DNA of 58,083 bases, counting the filler, from Piptocephalis cylindrospora (Eukaryota), in assembly GCA_003614145.1 (NCBI GenBank). It is 4 parts of 4 records of this genome, joined end to end, with 100 filler letters (N's around TTAATTAATTAA, not from the genome) between each part and the next. Parts side by side here need not be neighbours in the genome. Positions count along the whole stretch, not along the records: positions 43,705 to 58,083 come from KZ987920.1; 3 more parts are not named here. One strand, 5' to 3'. A program made the position numbers and the translations under genes. Shown piece by piece: positions 47,102 to 58,083 of the stretch (the stretch's first letter is position 1; each line of letters starts with the position of its first letter). The notes under the pieces were generated by a model, which saw nothing but the letters and a program-made list of their open reading frames with translations, was not told the origin of the DNA and did no database searches.

Positions 47102-48265
47102 ATGTCCTTTTGGTCCATTCTACGAAAGGATGTCTTGGCGAAACCTGCTCCCATCTTCAGCCCGATGCCAGTTGTGTTGACGCGAACCTTGGTATTACGA
47201 TCCCTTTCCTCGACCCGGTCCTGTCTTTCTTACCAGTTTTTCCGGGTCCACGGCCCACCGACCGTTCACTTTTCCACCGAACCCTCCTCCTCTTCCTCCT
47301 CGTCATCCACCATCCACTCACCTCCATCCTCAGATACGGCTTCCTCATCTTCCTCAGATCCACCCTCTTCCTCACCTACTGCCTCCATACCCCCTTCATC
47401 TGTAAAGTACCGCACCAAACATGTCGGACAACTGCTGCAGCAATTGAGACTCCTCTCCGAAGAGACCAAGGCATCTCCCCCCCCTAAATGCAGCAACGGT
47501 AAAAGGCCCTCAAGACACGTAGAACCGGCAAAGGCCCTGGTGACACATATCCTCTCTCTCAACCCTGACAATACGCAGATACGACGGGCCTATGCCCTTC
47601 TCTTAAATTGTCTTTTGGTACCCTATTTACCTGTCCGACGAAGTGCACCGCTGCCCATGTCAGTGTTTGCAGAGGTGGAACGGACGTCCCATCAGATCCT
47701 CGACACGATCAAACCTTCGACGCGACTGATGAATCAGGTGCTCCTGGCCTACAGTGCGCTCCCTCTCCCCGATTATTTTGGGGCTCGACAAACCTTCTTT
47801 ACCTACCTAGAGACCGGGGTGAACCCGGACCGATGGAGCTATGGGCATTTGGGGGGGGCAGCAGCACGGAGGGGCATGGTGAAGGAGCTCAAGAGCCTGG
47901 TCCGGGAACGAGCGTGGATTGGCATTCAGCCGGATACCCAGATGTACACCAGCCTCATTCATGCACATTCCCGTCGAAGGCATACCCGGGGCATGCTTAG
48001 GGCCATTCATGAGTGCCAGGCACAGGGACTTATCCCATCCTCGAACATGTGGCTCGAGCTGGTTCGGGGTCTGGCCCGGTGCGATCAGCTCACCACAGCC
48101 CTTGAGAGTGTGGAGAGACTGGGCAAAGGCACCGGGCCCGAGGCTTGGAAGTACATATTGGCCCTGAGTAGGTCCTATAGTCGTCCTGATCTGGAAGCAC
48201 GGGTTCTCCGCCGTATGACTCAGTATGGATGGGATATACCCGAGGTGCGTGGGAGTGACAAGTAG
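47102..48265 (+). CDS. Mitochondrial pentatricopeptide-repeat protein
   Basis: Presequence-like N-terminus and 35-aa repeats (KPSTRLMNQVLLAY, GVNPDRWSYGHL, GIQPDTQMYTSLIHAH, GLIPSSNMWLELVRGL). Confidence 0.85.
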   Translation: MSFWSILRKDVLAKPAPIFSPMPVVLTRTLVLRSLSSTRSCLSYQFFRVHGPPTVHFSTEPSSSSSSSSTIHSPPSSDTASSSSSDPPSSSPTASIPPSSVKYRTKHVGQLLQQLRLLSEETKASPPPKCSNGKRPSRHVEPAKALVTHILSLNPDNTQIRRAYALLLNCLLVPYLPVRRSAPLPMSVFAEVERTSHQILDTIKPSTRLMNQVLLAYSALPLPDYFGARQTFFTYLETGVNPDRWSYGHLGGAAARRGMVKELKSLVRERAWIGIQPDTQMYTSLIHAHSRRRHTRGMLRAIHECQAQGLIPSSNMWLELVRGLARCDQLTTALESVERLGKGTGPEAWKYILALSRSYSRPDLEARVLRRMTQYGWDIPEVRGSDK

Positions 48266-48879
48266 AGTGTACTTGGTTGTTACATGTTTCATCTAATTAC
48301 AGTCTATAAGGATTGGTGACAAGAGAGAAGGGTCTTTGAATGCGCTGGTTTGGATGGCAAGGGAAAGGAGAGCCATCCTGGATTGAAGGATCCTCCGTGC
48401 CTCATTAGGATCACCTGTGATAGGACGGATGAATTAGCCAAGTGTAGCGTTACTCTCTTTTTGAAGAGTGATCCAACTTGCTTGGAAGAAAAGATGTGTT
48501 TTATTAGTCATCGGTTGTATTTGAAAAAGGTCAAGATATACAGCTCGGTCTTAAGACTCCCATGACCATACCCATCTCTGACTAGTTGTGAGTCATATTG
48601 AATGGGTGAATCCCAATTATCACATGAACGGAGTTGGCTGCCAAGTACTGTACCATTTGTTGATCTTATGCCCAGTGCGTCCTTGCATGTACATAAGGTT
48701 GATGGGGGGAGGAGACGGATCACATTTTGCCTCTTGGTTTCCCCACTCTTCTCTACCTCTTCTCTCACCCTCTACCTCTTCATCCCTGTCTTTAACTACG
48801 CACCTGCCGTTGATCTATACTCCCCCAGACTCTTCATTGTATTGTACAACTACTTGAACACACATTCTTCCCGTCTCCG

Positions 48880-50551
48880 ATGAACCATCATCCGGATGCT
48901 AGTCAGGGTTCAGACACCCAGGAGGCCAATGGAACCTTTCTCCAGGCTTGGCTTCAAGTCAACGTGGCCCATCAGCGCGCTCTTCAAGGTAGGGTGGCGG
49001 GAAGAGATGACAGGGTGATGGCCACCCTGATCCCTAAAAACTCGGCTGCCGCTCACATTTTCTTTTTCTAGATGCTACGGATGGCTTGGTCCGAGAAAAT
49101 GGGATTCTAACCTCCCGAATAGGAAACTTAAGGGGTGAGAATGAGACATTCAAGAGAGAAATAGCCCGATTGCAGCAACAGCTGGTCCGGGATTCCAGGC
49201 AGACTCGACCCTCCCAGTCCTCTTCCACGTCTCTGACCATGTCGGCCGCACGCACACCAAAAGGCTCATTGGAGGGTCCAGTGACCGAGAGGGAGGTGAG
49301 AGGGATGGCCGAGGTGATCTTGCATCATTCCAAGAGGATGGGCAGGGTGGATATGGACTCGGAGGCAAAAAGGATGGATGGGTTAATCCGCACCTTACTT
49401 CACCATGAGGTGGCGATGAAGGGTCAGGATATGTCGAGGGGCCCTTCAGGGACTACATCGATTCTGGAGGCGTGGAGAGAGGTGGGAAGGGTATGTGCTG
49501 ATCAGGCAAGATCTCTACGTGAGGAACGGGATGAGCTGGAACGATCCCGTTCCTCCATGGCAGCCTTTCTTATCCGCAAGACCGAAGAGTGGAGATCATG
49601 GAGACAATGGCATCTGGATCATGGAGCTCATCTCCCGGAGGAACGGATTGGTTCGGAGGAAAGAAAGGTTTTTCATGATGCCAAAGCCCTGACCGATCAA
49701 CAATCCCCGGGGCAGGATGGGGCTATGGTGTCTCCCAAGAGGAGGGAGGACGATGTGAATGGGGAGCTGCATGGAATTACGGAAAAGGACGAGCCAGATG
49801 TCGAGGGGAAGGTCAAGGGAGATACTGTGGACAAGGAGGAGGAGGAGGAGGAGGAGGTGATTGGGACCGATGGAAGTATCCCTTGTTATCAGCCAGTTAG
49901 GGAGGGCGCAAAGGATTTTTATGAAGAGGATGAGGAGGATCTCCAACTAGTGTTTCCTTCTGGATCTGTCAGTGCTGAGGAAAAGGCCGGCGCCAGGTCC
50001 TCAGCTCATATACAACATCCTTTAAGCGATCCCATCAAGGAAAAGGATAAGGAGCGTCAAGGGACTACGACTGGGAAGGCCCGTCGACGAACTCCTCAGG
50101 ATAGCGTCAAATCCCCTAGCAAGACCAAATCATCCATCCTTCCAGAATACAAGGGAAAGAGGAAGCGTCAGGGCGTGCTGGGCACAGAGACGAATGATGC
50201 CGAAGACCCCTCTTCTCCCACCAAGTCCTGCCCCATCTGCACCAAGGTAAGTACATGACCATAATGTGTGAGGATGATTGCGCCTCATCCTCACCTTCTT
50301 ACCCTGGTCATTCCCCATAGTTCCAAAAGGTGTCGGGACCCTTGGGATCCTCCACGGCCACATGCTTTCACGGATCCAGGGTCAAGGTCATGGGTCCGTC
50401 TCGAGAGGAGGGCATGTCTTCGGTCAGTCGGCATAAACGAGGAGTCACCACTACGGCCGGCAAAGGAAGTCGTCGTAACAAGAGGTCTGCCACCCCCGAA
50501 GGCTTTTGGGATGCTGATTTCCCCCCAACCCAGCCCTCTCCCTCAAAGTAA
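48880..50551 (+). CDS. SAE2: DNA end-resection factor Sae2/Ctp1/CtIP homologue
   Basis: N-terminal coiled coil and C-terminal CPIC (CxxC), SRHK and ATPEGFWDADFPPTQ. Introns at 48989-49071 and 50247-50320. Confidence 0.82.
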
Positions 50552-51607
50552 ATCTACTCTCTCCACGTGAACCCTACGCCCTCTCTCTCTCAACGGGGCA
50601 AAGACTATACACTATTCATGTATCCTTACTGTGGACTCGGCATCATGGACGGGTCCGCTCAAGAGCTTATTACCAAGGCGATCTACGCTATAGATATCAC
50701 GACGATGTGGGCTTGTGTACCTTTTGCTCTGATGGCGCAGACGATCGTCGTCGATCTGTCGGGAGGGACGAATTTGAATGATTTCTCTTTCCACAAAGTT
50801 TTCCCGCATCAGTACTTTACCGTTCTTCTCTTTTCATGCTTACTCCGTACATTAAAAGCTGAGCTTTCTCTTTTCATGTTTACTATACCTCTGGAGAATC
50901 ACGACACATGGGGAGCTATGTGGTAGGTGGATTTGGGTGATAAGGATTAATTCAGCCGTCTTCTCCGCCCTGGCCATGTCTGATCCATGTGTCCCTCTCG
51001 CACAAGGCATGAAGGATCTTGACTGGAGTGGTTTCGTTCTATAATAATAACGATGATGATGATGAGATGAGGCGTACACCAGGATACATCCCTGGCGCTT
51101 TGCAGAACCGGGGGCCCTTATCCAGATATGCACAATGGACATGGACTGTCGTGGTGTAGTGAGACCAGGGCAGTACTGTAACTATCGTTCACTCCGCTGA
51201 CTCACACTGCACCAGTCCAGTGCCTCACACATGCCCTAGTTCCCTCAACACGAATACTCTGCATGTCCTGTCACACCTTCTCTGCACAGAGATAGCCCGG
51301 AAAAGAGGGGAGTTATTGGGTCATAATGAGACATTCGCATATGTCAGCGGAATGGTGATGAGAGGTGAACTTTCAGACTTGCTGCGGATCATCCTCTTCA
51401 ATCACGACACTAGTCCTCTTGCGGGAACCAGGCCACTCTCTCTCTCTCCCGTCCAGCCTGGGAATCCCTCTCTCTCTTGAGAAAGGATATAATCACCCCG
51501 TCCTGTACAATTCCTTGTTGCTGGGGAAGTAATTTCACTTCTATTCCATCCATCCTTTCTCTACTCTCTTCCTTCCTCACATCCCCCAACAATCTCCAAT
51601 TGCTAGC

Positions 51608-54600
51608 ATGAATCCACTCTTATCCGGGAAAATGGCCCCGGGGTCCCTTGGGACAGGGACACCGAGACGACATACTCCCATCCCATTGTCCATGTCCTCG
51701 GATCCACGGTTGGTGGCCGAGGCCACCGCCCTGGAGCAGACCTCTCCATCAGCTCCATCCTTCGAGACCGATATCCTGACCCCACCGGCCTTTCGATCCC
51801 GAAGATCTTACTCCCTCACCACCCTATCCTCAGAGAAGCCTCCTCTGGCCATGCGCTTTAATCAGCCTCTTACCATTGAGGACCCCCGCTTCTCTTATTA
51901 CCCTCCCCTCCATGCTCAGGCCCCTCTCTCTACCGCTGATCAGCCCTCCTCCCCTCCCCTCTCCCCGATAGCGTCGACCAAGACCGCTCCCTCCTGGGAG
52001 CCCACGCTAGAAAAGGCCATCAAGGCTATTGTCAGCATCAAGGCCAGCCATGTCCGATCCTTTGACACGGAAACTTCGGGGCCCTACACGGCCACGGGCT
52101 TCGTGATCGATGCCGAACAGGGCATCTTACTGACCAACCGACATGTCGTGTCCCCAGCCCCCATGGTGGCCCAGGGCGTCCTGTGTAACTACGAAGAGGT
52201 CCCGGTCTGGCCCGTCTACCGGGACCCCGTGCACGATTTTGGCTTCCTTCGCTTTGATCCTTCGCGCGTTCGTTTCATGAAACTCGAATCTATTCCCCTG
52301 CGTCCTGATCTGGCCCGTGTCGGTCTGGAGATTCGGGTGGTGGGGAACGATGCCGGGGAGAAGCTGTCCATCCTGGCCGGGACCCTGGCCCGACTGGATC
52401 GTCAAGCCCCAATGTACGGGGTGGGCGAGTACACGGATTTCAACACCTTTTACCTCCAAGCCGCCTCGGGGACCTCGGGGGGCTCCTCGGGGTCTCCAGT
52501 CCTGGATATTATGGGGAATGCTGTGGCCCTGAATGCAGGGGGCGCAACCCAGGCCTCCAGTAGCTACTATCTCCCCCTCGACCGAGTTCGTCGAGCCCTG
52601 CGGTACATCCAGAATGGGGATCCTGTTCCCCGGGGCACCCTCCAGACCGAGTGGATTCACACACCTTATGATGAGCTCCGGAGACTCGGGCTCCCCCGTA
52701 GCCTGGAGGGCTCCATCCGTCAGAGTGATTCCGGTAATGGCCAGACCGGCCTCTTGGTCGTGCGACATGTCCTCCCCAAGGGACCGGCTCATGGAAAGCT
52801 TCACGAAGGAGATATCATCCTCCGGGTGAATGGCGAGTTGATCACGAACTTTCTGGGCCTTTTCCAGATTTTGGACAACTCGGTCGGGCAGCTCCTGACT
52901 GTGCGGGTGTGTCGAGCCGGGGGCTTGATCGACGAGGTGGAGGGTGTGACGGTCCAGGACCTGCATTCCATTACACCCGACCGGTTTGTCGAGGTGGGAG
53001 GTGGAGTGGTGCATGACCTGTCCTACCAAATGGCCCGGGGCTACGGGAGGCCCGTGGAAGGGGTGTACGTGGCTACATCCGGCCACATGCTCGGAAGCGC
53101 CAGTGCCTGGAGAGGCTCCCTCATCACCTCCATCAACCATACCCCCACACCCGATCTTAAAGGCTTCATCCACGCCGTGTCCCTCCTCCCCGACGGAGCA
53201 CGGGTGCCCGTACGTTTCTACTCCTTGGCCAAGGCCTACAAGGAGCGTGTGATGATTATGCATGTGGATCGACACTGGCACAAGTTCCGCCTGGCCATCC
53301 GTAACGGTAATGATATAGTCTATGTGTCGTCGTATGCATGTGACATTTGATGAGAAACTCACCCCCCCTCCCCCTCTCCTTGTACGTTCCCTCTCCCCCC
53401 CACAGACAAGACAGGTTTATGGGACTACACCCAACTTCCCCCGGCCCCCAATGTCATGTCCTACAAACCGGCCACGGCGGCATTCCCAAAGTGCTCTAGG
53501 AAGCCCGCTTCCATCCTCCAGCCCAGTCTGTGTTCCATCGACTTTCACATTCCCTATCTGATTGATGGGATGGACAAAACTCAGGTAGGTGATAGGGAGT
53601 CATGGACGGTGTAGGAAGACGACGCCTTATGATTTATCTCACTCTTCTCCCTTTCTTGCTGAATTCAGTTTTATGGGACGGGTATTATTGTCGACAAGGA
53701 GAGAGGCTTGATCGTGTGTGATCGAGACACTGTCCCCACCGGGGTGGGTGATATTTTCCTCACATTTGCCAATTCCGTGGTGATCCCGGGAAGGCTGGTG
53801 TGGCTAGATCCCGTCTATAACTTTGTCGTTTGCTCCTACGACCCAAGGCTTCTGGGAGAAACACCCATTCAAACGGCCAAGCTTCAGGCTGGGAAACGCA
53901 TGGTGCCTGGGGACTCCACTTACCTGGTGGGCCTGGCCACGGACTATTCGGTGGCCATGCGCAAGACCCAGGTCAGTACCACGGGCATCATCGGAACCCG
54001 GGAGGCCTCCCCTCCCCGGTGGAGGGCGGTGAATGTCGAGGGGATCCGCGTGGAGGACCCGATCAGCACTCAGGGGGGCGTGCTGTGTGATGAGGAGGGG
54101 GCGGTCCAGGCCCTATGGGTGAACTACTCTACGCAGAATGATCGGGGGGAGGATGTGTCGTTCATGGCGGGCCTAGATATTACCCACTTCCTCCCTGTCC
54201 TGAGGATCTTGCAGAAGGGAAAAAGGACTTCGTTGGCCTCCTTGGACAACCCCTCTGCTGGAGGAGGCGTTATGGAGGTACGGGCTCTGACCGGAGTGGA
54301 GCTCTGGACCATGCGACTCTCCGCAGCCCGGACTCTGGGTCTTACCGAACGCTGGACCCGAGAGGTTGAGGGAAGGGGCGAAGGAGAGCACCACACTCTC
54401 CTCTACGTCCTTCATCTCACCGGGGCTGATGAACCCAGCTCCCGGGTCCTTCGGATTGGTGACATCATCCTGCAAGTGGCCGGAAAGCTGGTCACGTCGG
54501 TCCGGGATCTGATGGAAGAAGCCTCCCATACCACTCAGCTTCCTGTGACCCTTTGGCGGGAGGGTCAAGAGATCGAGGAGATTGTCCCCACCACGCGAAT

Positions 54601-55042
54601 CACCGGAAAGGAGACGTGTCGTGTGATCGGATGGGCCGGGGCCCTCCTCCAGGCTCCGTACCATGCGGTCATGGCCCAGGTCGAAAAGGTCCCCAATCAA
54701 GTGTATGTTTCATGTACCCTCTACGGATCACCTTCCAGTAGTTACGGGCTTCGACCCGGGGTATGGGTCACTCATGTGGATGGAGAGCCCGTGGAGAACC
54801 TGGAGGATTTCATCCAGGCCATTCGACGTCAAGAGCAGCGACTTTTGGCTCGGATGCCCCCCGAAAAAGCTGAAAAGGAAGAGGAGTGGGCGGAGGAGGA
54901 GAATTTTATCCGATTGACCACGGTCAATCGCGGAGGCATCACCCGAGTCCTATCCCTTCGTGGAGATCCATGGTACTGGGGGGCATGGCAATTAGTTCCC
55001 GATGCGGGCACCGTCAGTGGGTGGGTATGTGAGGAGTTGTAG
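51608..55042 (+). CDS. NMA111: HtrA-like nuclear serine protease Nma111/Ynm3
   Basis: ATGFVID...ILLTNRHVV, YRDPVHDFGFL, NDAGEKLSILAG, AASGTSGGSSGSPV, PDZ domains and a second degenerate protease domain. Introns at 53307-53405 and 53585-53668. Confidence 0.96.
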
Positions 55043-55190
55043 AGGCAGACAGTAAGATCTCTGTGCATTGTTGTTGGATACATATAGGATTATGACAAAA
55101 AGCATTTTTGGTGTCTCTGTGTTGTTCCTATTCACTCTACATCTATCCAGAGAGGAGGGAGGGGGATGTAAAAGTAAGCACAGATTCATT

Positions 55191-56031
55191 TTAACAATAA
55201 TCCTGCCAGAGCCGTTTGGCCCGTGCAAAGACCCCGGCCACGGACACCTCAGGCCGGACATCCAGGTAAAAGGAGGGAAGGCCCTCGAGGGGGCTTCCCT
55301 TTGGAGGGGCCTTTCCCGTGTAAAAGTCAATGATGTATCGGACGGGTGTACCGCATCGATCGACATACCAGTCATGTCGGTCAAACGGAGCCTTGTATCC
55401 TAGCCAAGTGAGAATCCTTGCCTTGGGTGATAGTTCCTGGGGACGGCCGATGAACTTGGTAAGTTTAGGCTGTCCACATGGGCTGGTTGGGGAGGAAAGG
55501 AGTGAGCAGGCGGTGTGGTGAGGGGACCTACCTATCCTCCCCCCTCTCCCTCCTCTCTACTCACCTAGATGCGTTCTTTTCCCATAAAAGAATTTCCTGC
55601 CAACATCGCTCATTCACCGCATTGTGCATGGGGACAATGACTCCCATATCCTGTTCTCGGGCATCCCACTGTTTTCGTCGCATGGCATTGAAGAACATTT
55701 GCTCGCTTGGATACATCCACACTCCAGCCCCTTCCTCGGACATGGGGATGGTCGAGGCAGCCCGGTCCTTTGACAGGGGGATCCGTTGGTTCTGGGCCGG
55801 GGTCTGGTTGGCCGTTGAGGGCATCTGATTCCTAGGGTCATCCCCGTGGGAGGGAATAGACGCCAGATAGGAGTATTTTGCCGAAGAGTCGACAGGGCAT
55901 TCCGCATTTGTGGGTGATTGTTGAGGCGGGTGGTCCATTGGACAGGTCGTGTCTTTGGATGATGGGAGAGAGTGGTCGACTGGACATGCCGAGTCTTTCG
56001 ATGCCGATGTGGAGGAGGAAAACGGCCACAT
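55191..56031 (-). CDS. Holocytochrome c/c1 synthase (heme lyase, CYC3/CYT2 family)
   Basis: Three CPV/CPM heme motifs, [45 protein letters not shown]...RYIIDFY and YLDVRP. One intron from 55564 to about 55483. Confidence 0.95.
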
Positions 56032-57686
56032 GATCACGAGCAAGGTACGAAACTTTGGTAGTGGTGGCGGTGGTCGTGAAGAAGAAGAACAAGTGTAGAA
56101 TATATCCGAGGGATACAGTGTTAATTCCAAGGAAAAAGAGAGTTTCATGCCCTTTACTGCTCAAGGTGGATGATTTTACCAACGGTAGCAACCCGAATGT
56201 GTGGGTGTGAAACTGACTGCCACGAAAAAAAGAAAAAGGCACTCAAATTCCACACTCTCACATCGACCTTGTGTGATTCGAGGAGAGGACATCATCTCCT
56301 CTTTGACTTTCAGTCCCTATGGCTTACACATCTTTTCAGGTTACACTCAAGCAGGAACCATGCTACACTGTCGATTCTGTATCATTGTCCTCATCCAGCA
56401 TCGACAACAGCAGATCCATGCACCCCCTCATGGACTCTCTCTGCCCCGTCTTAAAAAACAGGATGTAAATTCCCTTGCAAAGAATAGGTGCTCCTATCCT
56501 TCTTGGATTCAGGGGATGAGTGGGGATGTGCATAGATGCTCTCTTGCCCCCATCCGTATCAGGCAAGTACAATGGATCAGACTATCCCCTGGGCAAAGGG
56601 AGTGATGGATAGCTCCATCGCACTCTCCGTGGTCTTTCCTGCTGCTCTGTCCTACTCTCAGTGACATTTCTTGTCGCTCTCTGTCCCACCCTTATCGCCT
56701 CTTGATTCATCTTCCTTGTTTTGATCATCGGCCCCAATGAGCGGGAAACCAGGAACGAACTACCCACTCTTCCCTACTATCATCACCTCCCACTGAACTC
56801 CATATCCATTTGAGGCCCTCCTTCCTCTCAGATGACTCTTGCATCAAACCACGTGATCAATAAGTGGTCCGCATCAGGGATTGGATCAGCTGGCGAAGCT
56901 GTTCTTGCTCTCATCGGACAGGGTTCGACCCGTCGCTGTTTGGTTCCGGAGATGCGGGGATCCGGGTGGGATCTTGCCAGTATGGGAAAGACTGGTAGAG
57001 AGAGGACAGGGATGGAAAAAGACCACTGTACATCCATACATTTGTACATCTTTCCTGATGCTCTGGTGCATGCTGCTGTTCACTCTATCCAATGGGAAGG
57101 GGTGGAGATACAAGGTGGAGTTTGAAGGGAGGGAGCGGAGTCTTTATTCTCTTAGTGTTGAGTTGTCCTCGTCCTCTTCCTCTTCTTTTCTGGGTCATCC
57201 TTGCTCCGCCTTTAGTAGCAGCAGCAGCATCTAGTCGTCCTCAAGCTTATTCCCTCGCCTGTCCATCGGCCGTGGCCTAGTCAAGTTCCGCTCCGGTCCG
57301 GATCCCCTCAAAAACCCCAGATCCGCGCTTACCATCACCACCGCCCCCTCGACTCCCCATGTGACCCTCTGCATCACGCTGTCTCCCCCACCCCACACCC
57401 ACACTAGTCTGGGCGTGTGTAGGTGTGTATATATATGTGTGTGTGTGTGCATGTCCACATCCAGCCTCCCTCTTAAGGCGTGGGGTGTGGGTGAGAGGAC
57501 AGGGTGTCAAACCCAGGTAGCGGAATCCCCTCTTGCCCTGTAGACTTGGGCAATGAGGAAGGGGATGGCTCTTTGGCGCATTGAGAGGCGGTAAGGGAGG
57601 GGATATAAAGCCTCCTCCGATGGATGATCGTGAGCGCTCTCTCTCCCTCTCCCCTCTCCATTCCTCGCCCCCTTCTCTTCTCCGTC

Positions 57687-57930
57687 CTCTGGTCCTATTC
57701 CCTTACTTGGGTACTTACCTCCTCGTCCCTCTCCCCCCTCTTCCTCCTCTTCTACTTCCCTCTCCCTTGCACTCTCTTCCCTGTGCCTTACCCATCTGCC
57801 CAGTTCTCTGGTCCTATTCCCTTACTTGGGTACTTACCTCCTCGTCCCTCTCCCCCCTCTTCCTCCTCTTCTACTTCCCTCTCCCTTGCACTCTCTTCCC
57901 TGTGCCTTACCCATCTGCCCAGTTCTCTGG
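57687..57930. repeat. Perfect 119-bp tandem duplication
   Basis: The unit starting CTCTGGTCCTATTCCCTTACTTGGGTACTTACC at 57687 recurs identically at 57806. Confidence 0.9.
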
Positions 57931-58083
57931 GTTCCCCCTCCATCGGGTCGTCAGCTCACCTTGGACCAAATCCTGACCCTCCCCTCCATCTATCCTCTCA
58001 CCTGTCCATTTCCTGTTTGCTCCTCTGCATAGACCTATATTATCTCCCTTACCTCTCTCCCTCTCCTCCCTCTCCCCATCCCT

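Noticed and set aside
50567..50926. 119-aa ORF after SAE2
   Set aside because: Non-ATG start in the track, no motifs and atypical codon usage.
52127..53362. 411-aa antisense ORF
   Set aside because: Shadow of the codon-biased NMA111 coding strand; no recognisable motifs.
56880..56940. GGGTTCGACCC T-loop-like hairpin
   Set aside because: A five-bp T stem and cloverleaf cannot be formed.

Overview
Gene-dense eukaryotic DNA with short GT-AG introns and C/T-rich UTRs. The gene content is fungal. It is probably an early-diverging lineage, possibly a zoopagomycete such as Piptocephalis, but that is inference only. The window consists of four contigs joined by artificial 100-nt spacers (44 N + TTAATTAATTAA + 44 N), so adjacency across the spacers is unproven. 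About 25 protein-coding genes can be reconstructed: a Cdc25-like RasGEF, HEM14, a BORCS7-like protein, an orphan 4-TM protein, SPC2, a MoxR/chelatase-like AAA-lid protein, PRE4, a kelch protein, a tetraspanin, a GPI-anchored protein, INCENP, partial MAU2/Scc4, a CCDC137-like protein, IAH1, IML2/TTC39, an orphan secreted protein, VPS55, SNU13, a partial LIM/paxillin-type protein, a YABBY/HMG-like protein, a small conserved protein, a PPR protein, SAE2/CtIP, NMA111 and holocytochrome c synthase. The main observations are: (1) an apparent single-nucleotide exon in VPS55; (2) a dense fold-back, possibly snRNA-like element between VPS55 and SNU13; (3) one gene whose first exon lies on the opposite strand from the rest, probably an amplification or assembly inversion; (4) a BORC-subunit homologue; (5) a head-to-head INCENP/MAU2 pair; and (6) several frameshifts in G/C homopolymers. 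No tRNA, rRNA, CRISPR array or intact transposon was recognised.
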